IMG/VR virus record: IMGVR_UViG_3300049171_000081
Location: 1 to 64,000 of that record
DNA length: 64,000 bases
Reading direction: 5' to 3' (one strand)
Source: an uncultured virus (IMG/VR IMGVR_UViG_3300049171_000081)
Taxonomy: Duplodnaviria; Heunggongvirae; Uroviricota; Caudoviricetes
The position numbers and the translations under genes are program-made. Positions 47,229-56,649 of the stretch are shown here, piece by piece. The notes beneath the pieces were generated by a model. The model was not told where the DNA came from, did no database searches, and worked only from the letters and a program-made list of their open reading frames with translations. How positions within the stretch are numbered: the first letter of the stretch is position 1; each line of letters begins with the position of its first letter.

Positions 47229-47648
47229 TCACTCCCGGTCCTTGTCGGTGGGCGGCCCCATGCGGAAGAACACGCTGGCCAGCCCCGCGTTCACCCGATC
47301 GCGGCTACGGTTCGCCTGTTGCCGCTCGATGCAGCGGTGCTCGGGCAGGGACTCCAGCGTCCGGGTCCGGACCCTCGTGCCACAGTCGGAGCACCGGATC
47401 AGGCCCGTCCGCTCCCACTCCCGCTCCTCCTCCAGCACCACAGCGTCGACGGCATCCGCAAGTCGGAGAATGGCGAGCCCGGGTGCACCAGACCAGTCAT
47501 GACTCTCTCGCCGGATGCTCCATGCGTCACGGCGCTCCACCGCACGGTTGATCTTCACGAACACGTCGTCGGCGAGAGGGGCCGCGAAGGCCACTAACTC
47601 TTCCTGTACCTGCCGACGGGCCTCGGCGAGCAGATCCTCGGCGCTCAC
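47229..47648 (-). CDS. Hypothetical protein with CxxC
   Basis: GTGA coupling. Confidence 0.5.
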   Translation of the reverse strand: MSAEDLLAEARRQVQEELVAFAAPLADDVFVKINRAVERRDAWSIRRESHDWSGAPGLAILRLADAVDAVVLEEEREWERTGLIRCSDCGTRVRTRTLESLPEHRCIERQQANRSRDRVNAGLASVFFRMGPPTDKDRE

Positions 47649-48103
47649 TCGTCCTCCTCGACCTGGATGCTGTCCACCGGCAGTTCGGTGACGCTGTAGA
47701 AGTAGTCGCTGTAGTTGACGCAGCGCCGGGTCAGCTTCCGCATCTTCCACTCACGGCCGCCGTCGATCTCCGAGAGGTGGACCCACGTCCGGCCGATCTT
47801 GTCGACCCGGGCCGGGACGGGCGGAGTGTTGCGCATCTTGCGCGCCCCCAGGCGGACGAAGACGGTGTCACCCACGTCAGGGAGAGGCGACTCCTGCGCC
47901 ATACGGGCGTGTCGGTAGTAGTCGTCGTTGACGTCGTTGAGGTTCTGGACCGAGAAGGGGACGGCTTCCTGCCAGAGTCGCTCGGCTCGCCCGAAGCCCT
48001 CCTGCTTCCACAGCCGGTGCCACAGGTCGTGCAGGTCCTCCGCCGGGGTCTCATCGATCAACACGCCGAGAACCTTCGGGTCGGTGGGGACGATGTTCGT
48101 CAT
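47645..48103 (-). CDS. Hypothetical protein
   Basis: ATGA coupling; RBS GGAGGAG. Confidence 0.6.
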   Translation of the reverse strand: MTNIVPTDPKVLGVLIDETPAEDLHDLWHRLWKQEGFGRAERLWQEAVPFSVQNLNDVNDDYYRHARMAQESPLPDVGDTVFVRLGARKMRNTPPVPARVDKIGRTWVHLSEIDGGREWKMRKLTRRCVNYSDYFYSVTELPVDSIQVEEDE

Positions 48104-48354
48104 CGGGTCTCCTCCTCGGAGGTCTGCTCGGCGGTCACGGTGATCGTGTAGATGCCGAACCTGTCAACGTCGAAAGCACGGGAATGCCGGTTGTGCAGCT
48201 TTTGCTCAGCGCCCCCTTCGTCATCGAAGACGCAGTAGCCCTTCAGGAAGCTCTCGTTGTCGGCGAGGACGGTGAAGGCGTTGCTCACTGCGGACCGCAG
48301 GTCCGGTGCGATGACGTACAGGGTTCGGGTGTACGTCTCGTGGATGCTGTGCAT
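48100..48354 (-). CDS. Hypothetical protein
   Basis: RBS AAGGAGA. Confidence 0.6.
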   Translation of the reverse strand: MHSIHETYTRTLYVIAPDLRSAVSNAFTVLADNESFLKGYCVFDDEGGAEQKLHNRHSRAFDVDRFGIYTITVTAEQTSEEETR

Positions 48355-48385
48355 CAGGGTCTTCTCCTTTCCGTTTCGTTTCGGG

Positions 48386-48703
48386 TCAGCAGGTTCTGAC
48401 GTAGATCCTGCCGTTGTCGTCGTCGGTGAGCGTGATCACCCCGTTGTTCTCCTCCAGGTCGTCGGACCAGCAGATGTGGGTGTTGCGGCCGAGACCGTTG
48501 ACCAGGGTGTCGCTGAGGATCTTCTTCAGCCGCAGGTTTTCCTCGGCGAGCGGCTTGACGACCTCGCGGTTGTGCAGGGTCACCAAAGCCTCGGCCCATT
48601 TGCGGGCGGTCTCCTCGTCCATCCCGTCACCGGCCTTGACGAAAGCCTGCGCCAGGTAGGAGGTGATCCGTTCACCCGTGTCGTGACGGAGATCGTCGCT
48701 CAC
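48386..48703 (-). CDS. Hypothetical protein
   Basis: GTGA coupling. Confidence 0.55.
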   Translation of the reverse strand: MSDDLRHDTGERITSYLAQAFVKAGDGMDEETARKWAEALVTLHNREVVKPLAEENLRLKKILSDTLVNGLGRNTHICWSDDLEENNGVITLTDDDNGRIYVRTC

Positions 48704-49005
48704 GTCCCACCGTCCTTGTGCTTCTTCAGGTGAGTCCGGACGCTCGCCTCGGTTCCCCGGTAGACGCATCCATTCTTGGGGCACTCCTGCCAAGTACCGG
48801 CTTCGACGGCCGCCAAGGTGACCGAGTTGTCCGGGCCGTACCCGTGAGCGGCAAGGAAGGCGGGGATCGAGGCCCCGTGATGGACCGCGATGTAAGCCGC
48901 TTCCGCCGCCTTGTCGTGACCCTGAGCGAAGTACCTGCGGTATCCGATCTGGGTGCCGCAACCGCAGAAGCAGTACCCGGTGGGTTCGGGGGGTGGAGTT
49001 GTCAT
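48700..49005 (-). CDS. Zinc-binding protein, first gene of the leftward accessory operon
   Basis: CFCGCG...FAQGHD and C-terminal C..C...H...H. Confidence 0.7.
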   Translation of the reverse strand: MTTPPPEPTGYCFCGCGTQIGYRRYFAQGHDKAAEAAYIAVHHGASIPAFLAAHGYGPDNSVTLAAVEAGTWQECPKNGCVYRGTEASVRTHLKKHKDGGT

Positions 49006-49011
49006 GACGCC

Positions 49012-49046
49012 ACTCTAACAAGTCTTGGCCTATCAAGACAAGTCTA
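49012..49046 (-). promoter_or_regulatory. Leaderless promoter with operator-like repeats
   Basis: Minus strand TTGTCT-18 nt-TAGAGT-6 nt-ATG; ACAAGTCT x2 and inverted GTCTTG/CAAGAC. Confidence 0.55.
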
Positions 49047-49469
49047 GAAGTTTCCAGTTGCGCTTGAATGAAGCAAACCCAGTCTGACCTGCGTCTTTTC
49101 CTTGAGTTTCACTCCCGGGTCAACATTTTGAGCCTCGGAAGAGTCACGGGCTTTACAGAGCCGTCGAAGGACGCATGTAGCTCTCGTTTTTCCGAGAGCA
49201 AGCGCCGCCCTGACCAGCCGGTACGCCCGCGTAAGAACAAGTACTTATCCTCTAGGGAATCCGTCGCTGCGCTCCGGATGCCCTCCGGCCTCAGCCGGGT
49301 CGTCGTTCGGAGAAGATCTTCGATCTCCTCCTCCTCCTCCCCGGCTGGTGGGTTGGTCGCGTGCGGGGGCTTCGGGGAGGGGAGGAGGAGGATTCTCGCT
49401 TCGCTTCTCCAAGCCAGCTCCGCAGCCCGGCGCGGCGAAGGTGGTGGGCCGGAGTCCTCCCGGCTTCGC

Positions 49470-49697
49470 TTAGGGTGCGACCACTTCTATGCCCAGGGTG
49501 AGTCGCATGCCGCACAGGCTGAGTATCTGTTCCGCCCACCCAAGGCTCAGGGTGGCTTTCCCGGTCAGCATCTGGTTCAGGTGCTGGGGCGACAGACCTA
49601 GTTGCCGAGCGGCGTATGCCTGGGTGATGTCGGAGAGCAGGAGTGCTGCTCGTACCTGCTTGCGGAGTCGGTCTTCGGGGTCATGTGCATTTGTCAT
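49470..49697 (-). CDS. XRE-family HTH regulator
   Basis: ITQAYAARQLGLSPQHLNQMLTG. Confidence 0.8.
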   Translation of the reverse strand: MTNAHDPEDRLRKQVRAALLLSDITQAYAARQLGLSPQHLNQMLTGKATLSLGWAEQILSLCGMRLTLGIEVVAP

Positions 49698-49870
49698 GAA
49701 CGCAGCTTTCCTCGGGTTAGGGCCGTAACGGCCCCCATCCTGCACCCTGTTGCGTCGTGGTTTGATCATCCGTGAAGACGAGAAAGACCTCGGTCTGCTC
49801 CATCAGTGACCCAAAGATGGGCCACTCGTAACCCAAAAATGGTAAGATCCTGCATCGAAAGGAGATTCTC

Positions 49871-50269
49871 ATGACCACACCTGATGAAAACGAAGTCCCG
49901 TCACCCGCTTCGAACGCTTCGGCCGGGCCTGTTTCCTCGGAGAGCCTCTTCGAGAACGTCCTGTCCACCGCCATGAAAACGGACCTGAGCCACGGAACCC
50001 AGAGGCTCTACACGATCCTGTGCGGAGTGGGGTATCAGACGCAGTCGGACCTGGTGCACGTGACGCCGTGGGGGCTGATGAACGTGCAACGAGGAACCAA
50101 GAACGGGCCGATGTCCCGGGCAACCGTCACCCGGCACTTGAGGGAACTCCGCGACAAGGGCCTAGTGAAGATCATCGGCCCCCTTCGGTCCTCCGACCAT
50201 CACCAGCTTCTTCTCATCCAGATCCTCCCCGTTTCACCGGTCGGGAACTTGGCGGAGAAGGTCCGCTAG
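49871..50269 (+). CDS. Winged-helix DNA-binding protein
   Basis: LSHGTQRLY...MSRATVTRHLRELRDKGLV; RBS AAAGGAGA. Confidence 0.7.
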   Translation: MTTPDENEVPSPASNASAGPVSSESLFENVLSTAMKTDLSHGTQRLYTILCGVGYQTQSDLVHVTPWGLMNVQRGTKNGPMSRATVTRHLRELRDKGLVKIIGPLRSSDHHQLLLIQILPVSPVGNLAEKVR

Positions 50270-50376
50270 CAGGGGGGACGTTCGCCTCCGGGTGTTTTCA
50301 ACTACCTGCGCAACCATGCAGGTTACGAGCTAACGCAGGTTATTCTCCCCATGCCCGGCCCTGCCGGGAGGGGAGG

Positions 50377-50583
50377 ATGAGCGGCATCATGCGGGAGGAA
50401 ATTCGGATACCGGACCAAGCTGGATCCGAGCGCGTGAGCGATGAAGGCCAGCAGGCACTGGATGCGTACAGAGAGTGGCGTCGCAGTCACCCAGTCCTTA
50501 GGTTTTATCCCACGAGACAGGCGCGAACCGTTCACGACGTTCTCGCGTTGATACGGGAAGAACCTGCGGTGGAGGACGAGTGA
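50377..50583 (+). CDS. Hypothetical protein
   Basis: RBS GGGAGGGGAGG. Confidence 0.45.
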   Translation: MSGIMREEIRIPDQAGSERVSDEGQQALDAYREWRRSHPVLRFYPTRQARTVHDVLALIREEPAVEDE

Positions 50584-50849
50584 GGGCGACGTACGAAGTG
50601 ACTGAGTGGAAGAACCGGGCTCATGCTGCTGGCGTGGGCCTGTCGGACGTGATAGCCGAGTTTCTGTCCTACGGCTTCTGCCGGGACCCCGATTTCGCGG
50701 CAGCCGTGATCCATGAGCTGGAAACCTTGATCGGCATCTTGCGCCGGGAAGGCTACGACGAAGGTGTTCTCGACGAAGGGCGTCAGCGTCTGGACCTGCT
50801 GGCCTGGTCGGTGAAGCGGGTCGGGTGCCTCCCGGACGATCCCGCCTGA
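50580..50849 (+). CDS. Hypothetical protein
   Basis: GTGA coupling; followed by a hairpin. Confidence 0.55.
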   Translation: MRATYEVTEWKNRAHAAGVGLSDVIAEFLSYGFCRDPDFAAAVIHELETLIGILRREGYDEGVLDEGRQRLDLLAWSVKRVGCLPDDPA

Positions 50850-51077
50850 AACGCAGAAACCCCCCGGCTCCGTGAGGAGAGGGGGGTCTCTCGGAAAGGA
50901 GAAGAAAACGTGGCTCCCCAACACAAGAAAGGAGGACGCTCTTCAGGGATGGGAGGGTGAAGTCCGCATCCGTGAACAACTTTGCCACACGATCTGGCAG
51001 CGTGCAAGCAACCAACACTGCCACGCACCACTGACAGTCCCTCTCAAACTGCGAGAGCCCGCACCCGAACCAAGATA

Positions 51078-51144
51078 GCGAACAAGGTTGTTCGGCACCG
51101 AACACTTCTGTACGGTTGGTATATCACCGAACAACAGTGTTCGG
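51078..51144. promoter_or_regulatory. Three palindromic operator sites (C/G)CGAAC-N6-GT(T/A)CGG
   Basis: Copies at 51078, 51098 and 51127. Confidence 0.6.
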
Positions 51145-51168
51145 CATCGAGAGAGTGGGGGGGTAGCT

Positions 51169-51495
51169 GTGCCGCTGAGCCCGAAGGAAATCTGTCAGCT
51201 CACAGGACACGAGACGACGGACGCCGTCCGCATGGCCATGAAGCGGGGCGGAGCGACTCTCGGAGTACACGTCGTCCTCGACTTCAAGAGTTCCGTCAAG
51301 CGAGCGTACGAGGAGTCCGACGTGTGGCGGATCCTCGGCAGCCGAATCCTCGATCAGGCCGAGAAGGACCCGAAGGTGCGCGACCTGGCCTGGAAATGGC
51401 TGGAACCCGAGATCCGGCGCAGCGTGGTTCACAACCGTGCGGCCATGCTCTACCCGCAGGCCCTGGCATCGCAGGACGAGGGATCCGAGAACTGA
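51169..51495 (+). CDS. Putative DNA-binding protein
   Basis: LSPKEICQLTG..TTDAVR HTH-like start; downstream of the operators. Confidence 0.55.
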   Translation: MPLSPKEICQLTGHETTDAVRMAMKRGGATLGVHVVLDFKSSVKRAYEESDVWRILGSRILDQAEKDPKVRDLAWKWLEPEIRRSVVHNRAAMLYPQALASQDEGSEN

Positions 51496-51772
51496 TCCGG
51501 AGATTCGCATTGCGGGTCAAGTCCTAGGCCCGCTAGTGTTTTTCCTTCGAGGTCCACGAGGACCTTGAAGTGGAGCCAGGACATCCTCCGGACGGAGGAC
51601 TCCTGGCTTTCGCGTTGAGATGCCTGGTGACGTGGTTGCCGGGAAGTCGGACAGGGGTCTCCTGGGGCAGACCGGGAGCCCTGATCGGCGACGGGATCCG
51701 GGTGGACATGCGCAGCGCTGGCGTCCTCCCTGATGTACGGGTGGTGGGGCCGCGTACACACCAGAACAGCAC

Positions 51773-51802
51773 GAAGACCCCCGGTCGCAATCGGGGGTCT
51801 TC
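51773..51802 (-). terminator. Terminator after the capsid gene
   Basis: GAAGACCCCCG / CGGGGGTCTTC. Confidence 0.65.
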
Positions 51803-51880
51803 GCTCTGCCCGGAGGAACGGGGTGCCGGGCAGCGGGACGGTGGGCGCTCTCCCGGATCACCCGCCGCCCGGCTCGTAGG

Positions 51881-53275
51881 TCAGGAACCCGACTTGGTCG
51901 AGCCCTTCGCCGAGGTGGTGCTGGACTTCGCCGACAGCGTGGTCAGGCCCGACGGAGCCGCGAAACCCGAACCGCCCGCCACCGGCAGGTTGCCCTCACC
52001 CGTGGAGACCGCGACGGCCGAGGCGTCGATACCGGCCGCACCGATGATCGAACGCACGCGGTACTGGATGTCGTCGTGGCTGAAGCTGCCCTCGAACGGC
52101 GAGATCTCCGAACCGCCCAGCGCGCGGCCGGTGTCGCCCAGCGCACGCACCTCGGGGGTCTCGTGGCCACGCAGGAACGCGGTCACGATCGCCGGGCCAC
52201 GCTCCGTGGTGCCGCCTGCGGGCAGAAGGTACCAGGTGGAGGCGGCGTTGGCCGACAGGTCGATCAGCGGCAGCCACGGGGACTCGACCACGGTGAAGCG
52301 ACCCGCCACCGGGGACGCCACGTTCGTGCGGATCTCGGAGCCGTCGGGCATCCGCGACACGCGCATGTACGTGGTGGACCGGGCGATCTCCTGCGCGGTG
52401 AGCGCGAGGGACGGCGGCACCAGGAGCACGAAGTTCTGCACGCGCACCTGACGACCCGCCACCTGCCGCGAGCCGATCTGGTTGATCGCCTGCTCGACGG
52501 CGTCCAGGCTCAGCGGCGGGTTGGTGATCGCGACGGTCTCGCCCGTCTCGTCCCGCACGTGCTGGACAACGTGGTTGCCGACCGGGGACATCGGACCGAA
52601 GTTCTCCGTGGTGGAGAAGAAGTCCGGGTTCGGACCCGACGCGGTCGCGAGGACGCCCGTGGTCAGGACGTCCTCGGTGTCACGCGCCCAGCGGGCCATC
52701 TCCGTCGGAAGCTGCTGGAGGACACCCAGCTCGTCGTTCATGAACGCTTCCCAGGAGAACGGGAAGCGCGCGCCGGACTTGTTGACGAAGAAATCCGTAC
52801 CCTCGGTGGTGAGGTTGAAGGTCGGGTACTCCGTCAGCTCCGGGATACGCGGCAGCGCGCGGACGTGACGCTCCGCACCACCGTTGCGGTCCGGCGACTG
52901 GTTGAAGCCGGTGTCCCAGCGGACCATGCGGGCCGGACGGAAGTCGGGCACCGTGGTCCGGACCGAGAAGGTCGGCCACTGCTGAGGCAGTTCGGCGTAC
53001 TGGCCGATCATGGACGCCTGCGAGATCGCCTGAAACAGCAGCGGGAAGTCGCCGCTGGAGACGGCCTCACGCAGACGGCCCATCGGGACGGGGGCACCCG
53101 TCTCCGCCTCACGCTTCAGGCGCAGGAACTCGATGGCACGGGACATCTTGAGCAGACGGGCGTCGGTCGACTCGCGCAGCGCAGCGCGGCGCTTGCCGTG
53201 AGCCTCGGCGATCCGGGCGAATTCCGGGTTCTCCGTGGCCTTGATTCCGTCGAGGAGGTTCAGCGCGGTGGTCAT
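51881..53275 (-). CDS. Major capsid protein (HK97 fold, Mu gpT-like)
   Basis: LREAVSSGDFP, VPDFRP, ELTEYP, LLVPPSL, WYLL, AFLRGHETPE; follows the decoration gene. Confidence 0.9.
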   Translation of the reverse strand: MTTALNLLDGIKATENPEFARIAEAHGKRRAALRESTDARLLKMSRAIEFLRLKREAETGAPVPMGRLREAVSSGDFPLLFQAISQASMIGQYAELPQQWPTFSVRTTVPDFRPARMVRWDTGFNQSPDRNGGAERHVRALPRIPELTEYPTFNLTTEGTDFFVNKSGARFPFSWEAFMNDELGVLQQLPTEMARWARDTEDVLTTGVLATASGPNPDFFSTTENFGPMSPVGNHVVQHVRDETGETVAITNPPLSLDAVEQAINQIGSRQVAGRQVRVQNFVLLVPPSLALTAQEIARSTTYMRVSRMPDGSEIRTNVASPVAGRFTVVESPWLPLIDLSANAASTWYLLPAGGTTERGPAIVTAFLRGHETPEVRALGDTGRALGGSEISPFEGSFSHDDIQYRVRSIIGAAGIDASAVAVSTGEGNLPVAGGSGFAAPSGLTTLSAKSSTTSAKGSTKSGS

Positions 53276-53292
53276 TACTCAGGAGCCTCCTT

Positions 53293-53778
53293 TCAGGATC
53301 CGGTGGCGGGCTGGTCGGGGACGGCGTTGGCGTCACCGGGGGCGGGCTGGACGACATTGACGATCGGAACGCCGTCCATGGTCTGGCCGACGATCACGCC
53401 GAACGGGTCGGAGTTGGCCGCCGTGGTCAGCCGGGCGCGGGTCGAACCCGAGGCCGGGAGGATGTAGACCGGGGTGCCGGATCCCATGGTCGCGGCGTTC
53501 CAGCCGGTGACCGGGAAAGCGAACGCGCCGACGAGGGCGACGGAGGCCCAGCCCGGTTCCAGGGAGTTCGCGGTGTTGCGCGCGACGGAGACCGTGGTCA
53601 TGCCGGTGGTGTAGGAGACCGACTTGCCGCCGACCTCCTGAGCGAAGCCGACGATGGAGCCGACCTTGACCGGGTCGCCCGGCAGGGTGGGGTCGTCGTT
53701 CTTGGCCGGGTCGTCACCGCGCAGCGGAAGCGGAAGGCTGATCCACTGACCGTACTTGTAGACCTCGTTAGTCGCCAT
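53293..53778 (-). CDS. Capsid decoration/cement protein (DUF2190-like)
   Basis: MATNEV, PGDPV.VG.IVG, GTPVYI; position. Confidence 0.75.
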   Translation of the reverse strand: MATNEVYKYGQWISLPLPLRGDDPAKNDDPTLPGDPVKVGSIVGFAQEVGGKSVSYTTGMTTVSVARNTANSLEPGWASVALVGAFAFPVTGWNAATMGSGTPVYILPASGSTRARLTTAANSDPFGVIVGQTMDGVPIVNVVQPAPGDANAVPDQPATGS

Positions 53779-54857
53779 CAGTAGGTACCTCCGCCCAGCA
53801 GGGAGCGAAGCTCCGACAGATCGGTGTCGGAGGACGAGGAGGAGGAGAACGAGGTCGTCGACTCGGTGAGGCCGAGGTTCGAGGTCTCTCGGTGCTCCAG
53901 GCCGTTGCGCTCCGACTCGCGCATCAGCTTCTTGTAGTAGTCCCGCTCAGCGGTGATCGCCTCGTGGATGTCCGACTCGGGGCGCAGGCTCTCCGCGACA
54001 CGGATGATGGAGGCCAGCGGGAGCTGGGACTTCAGAAGCTCGGCGAGAACCTCGCCGTTCTTCTTCGACTCCTTCATCCTCTGCTCGGCGGTCTCGGCGC
54101 GGTCCCGGAGGAACGTGATCGCCTCGGCCAGCTTCTGGTTCTCCTGAACCTGCTTCTTCGACTCGCGCTGCGCTTCCTGGAGCTGCTGCGCCATGCGCGC
54201 CACGTCGACCGAGAGCTGGTCGAGGCGGTCACCGAAGGTGTTCTTCATGGAGGCGACCTCGTTGAGGAGCGCTCCGGTGCCGGTGGTGGACGGAATGTTC
54301 GACATCTCCGCGCGAGCGGAGGTCGCGGTCTGGTCCGCCGGAGGCGATGCCTCCGACGTGGCCGACTCGGTCATATTGACGAGCCTTCCTCCCGCTCCAG
54401 CGCGGGTGACGACATCTACGGACAGGCCCTCGGTGATGGCTCGCACCATCCGGCCTTCGGCCGTTTCCTCGATCTGGCCTGCCGCACGAATCGACAGACC
54501 CACGACCGGGGCGAGCTGGCCCACGAGGGCTTTCGCGTTCTCGGTGAACTGGATGCGAGCGAACAGACCCCGCCCGTCCGGACCTTCCTCGAACTCGGCG
54601 TCATCGAGAAGCCATCCCGCGATATCCCGCACGCTCCTTTCGGGGCGCTCCATTTCTTCCGACCCGGTCGGGTGGTCGAAATAGACGTGCGTTCCTGCGC
54701 GGAATGCCCGAGGGCCGTCGCGGTGGAGAACTTCAGCGGGATAGAAACCGCTGGACCCCTGAACGTCGGCCTCGATAAGGCGAGCGCGCCAGATGCCCTT
54801 GCCCGAAGACAGGTCGGGCGAGAGAATCGATGACTCCCGCAGCGTTTCCTGGCTCAT
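53778..54857 (-). CDS. Capsid maturation protease / scaffold fusion
   Basis: GSSGFYP, YFDHP, RDIAG, GLSIRA, SVDVVT.AGAGG; coiled-coil C-terminus. Confidence 0.85.
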   Translation of the reverse strand: MSQETLRESSILSPDLSSGKGIWRARLIEADVQGSSGFYPAEVLHRDGPRAFRAGTHVYFDHPTGSEEMERPERSVRDIAGWLLDDAEFEEGPDGRGLFARIQFTENAKALVGQLAPVVGLSIRAAGQIEETAEGRMVRAITEGLSVDVVTRAGAGGRLVNMTESATSEASPPADQTATSARAEMSNIPSTTGTGALLNEVASMKNTFGDRLDQLSVDVARMAQQLQEAQRESKKQVQENQKLAEAITFLRDRAETAEQRMKESKKNGEVLAELLKSQLPLASIIRVAESLRPESDIHEAITAERDYYKKLMRESERNGLEHRETSNLGLTESTTSFSSSSSSDTDLSELRSLLGGGTY

Positions 54858-54924
54858 GCGCTCCTCACTCTGCAATGACGAGGTCAGCGTAATAGCACAA
54901 GCAGTAAAAAATCACGGCGGAAGA

Positions 54925-56634
54925 TTATTCGGAACCCTCGTCCCGAAGCTCGTGGTCGCCCCGGCTCATGGGGTCAGGCTGCTTTGGGGCCGCAGTTGCC
55001 CGGGAATTACCCGCCTTCAAAGGGTTGGGTGCACCCGGACCGCCCGTGCCGCTGTCGGGGTTTCCGTTGGATTCCCCGCCATTGACGGCCGAAGACATTT
55101 CTTGGATTTTCTTGAAGAGAACGGGCAGATCTTCCATTGCCGGAGCCTTCGCGGCGAAGTCGTTCCACTTTCCGTTCCAGGCGTCCAGCACCATTGCCCG
55201 CGCTTCGTCCCCCGTGAAGAGTCCGAGACGGATCGCCATGTCGAGAGCCTGAAGACGGCGGTGAACCGGCTCCTCGTCGATCTGCGGCCAGCGAATGCGC
55301 ACCTTCAGGCCCACCAGCTTGAAGATGGAGGCGAACATCTCGTTCATCACCTTCTGGCGGGCCTGCATCACCAGAACGGTCGAGGTGTCCAGGCTGGTGG
55401 CTGCCGCATTGTTGGCGATCGACGGGTCCTCCGTCAGGGCGGGCAGAGGGACGTCCAGCGCTGCCGCGATCATCGCCGCCAAGGGGCGTCCGGCGTCGAA
55501 GTCGACGGCCGCGCTGCGCCCGACGGCGGTGAGATCCTGACCGGCCCCCAGAACGGCTGAGGCACCGACCGCCAAGCTCTGACCCGTCGCGGGGTCCATC
55601 CTCGGAGACTGGGCCATCGCAGCCGCTGTGCGACGGACCGAACGCGACTTGTCACTTGTCACCTTCCATGCAAATCGCGCGTACGCCTTTGTGAGGGTGG
55701 CGCAGTTTTCGAGGTATTCCTTGTATGCGCGGGTCCACCAGACGGCGGGAAGCACGTCGGGGACGCCCCAGCGCCAGCCGGTCAGGCGGTTGAAGGGGAC
55801 GTGCACGAGGATCTTGTCGTAGTTGACCTTGTCCCCGGCTATCTCCTTCGGCCCCCGGCCTTTCCCGAGCTTCCGCAGACCGGCGGGGGTGGGGTACCAC
55901 TCGTCCTGGAAGGCGAAGTTGGAGACGTTGCCGCCCTCCTGCGACACCTTGTGCCAGGTGCGGCCCCGGGCGGACATCTTCGGGTTGGTGACCGGGGACG
56001 TCTCGACCCCGGTGTCCAGGTCCAGGTCGAGGGTCCAGTCGTTCCAGGTGCGCCGGATGAAGAGCAGACTCTCCCGGTTCCCCCGCTGTGAGACGCCTTC
56101 GGACACCTCGTCGAAAGGGATTCGCTGGATCTCCTTGGTGCGTCGGTCCACCAGAAACTGGAGGTTCCCGTCGGTGGCCGCCGTCGACTCCAGTTCGAGC
56201 TGCGCCAGGGTTCCGGTGAGAACTTCTTCCACGCCCTCGGGGAGTTCTGGTTCGAGGTTCACCGTGCGCGGGCGTCCGGGGCCTGCCATGAATTGCGTCG
56301 GAACGACGGAGACGCCACTGCCCCAGATGTAGCCAGTGCGGACTTTCAGGGCCCGCTCGATCAGGGGATTGATGGTGGCGACAGCCCTACAGAGTTCGCT
56401 GGCCCGCTTCAGGCCGTCCAGGGTGAAGGAGTTCGCGTCTTCGGCGAAACCCATGAGGGGCTTCCAGCCGATGTCCTCCAGTGCGAGCTGCGCCCTGCCG
56501 AACTCCCCGGCCTCCCGCATCTCGTCGGATATGAGACCCGTGAGTTCTTCGTTCCGCTGCTCCAGGTTGGTCACGAAGGTTTCGATCTCGCTGATCGACA
56601 TCTCGTTGAGCGGCTTGGACGTCTGCATGGCCAC
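54925..56634 (-). CDS. Portal protein
   Basis: LALEDIGW, NPLIERAL..R..YIWG.G, WGVPD; between terminase and protease. Confidence 0.85.
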   Translation of the reverse strand: MAMQTSKPLNEMSISEIETFVTNLEQRNEELTGLISDEMREAGEFGRAQLALEDIGWKPLMGFAEDANSFTLDGLKRASELCRAVATINPLIERALKVRTGYIWGSGVSVVPTQFMAGPGRPRTVNLEPELPEGVEEVLTGTLAQLELESTAATDGNLQFLVDRRTKEIQRIPFDEVSEGVSQRGNRESLLFIRRTWNDWTLDLDLDTGVETSPVTNPKMSARGRTWHKVSQEGGNVSNFAFQDEWYPTPAGLRKLGKGRGPKEIAGDKVNYDKILVHVPFNRLTGWRWGVPDVLPAVWWTRAYKEYLENCATLTKAYARFAWKVTSDKSRSVRRTAAAMAQSPRMDPATGQSLAVGASAVLGAGQDLTAVGRSAAVDFDAGRPLAAMIAAALDVPLPALTEDPSIANNAAATSLDTSTVLVMQARQKVMNEMFASIFKLVGLKVRIRWPQIDEEPVHRRLQALDMAIRLGLFTGDEARAMVLDAWNGKWNDFAAKAPAMEDLPVLFKKIQEMSSAVNGGESNGNPDSGTGGPGAPNPLKAGNSRATAAPKQPDPMSRGDHELRDEGSE

Positions 56635-56649
56635 ACAATAACGGTGGAA

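Noticed and set aside
45008..49095. CTGACCTGCG at about 45010 and 49085 as att-like repeats
   Set aside because: Short motif that is common in actinobacterial intergenic DNA; no extended identity and no recombinase
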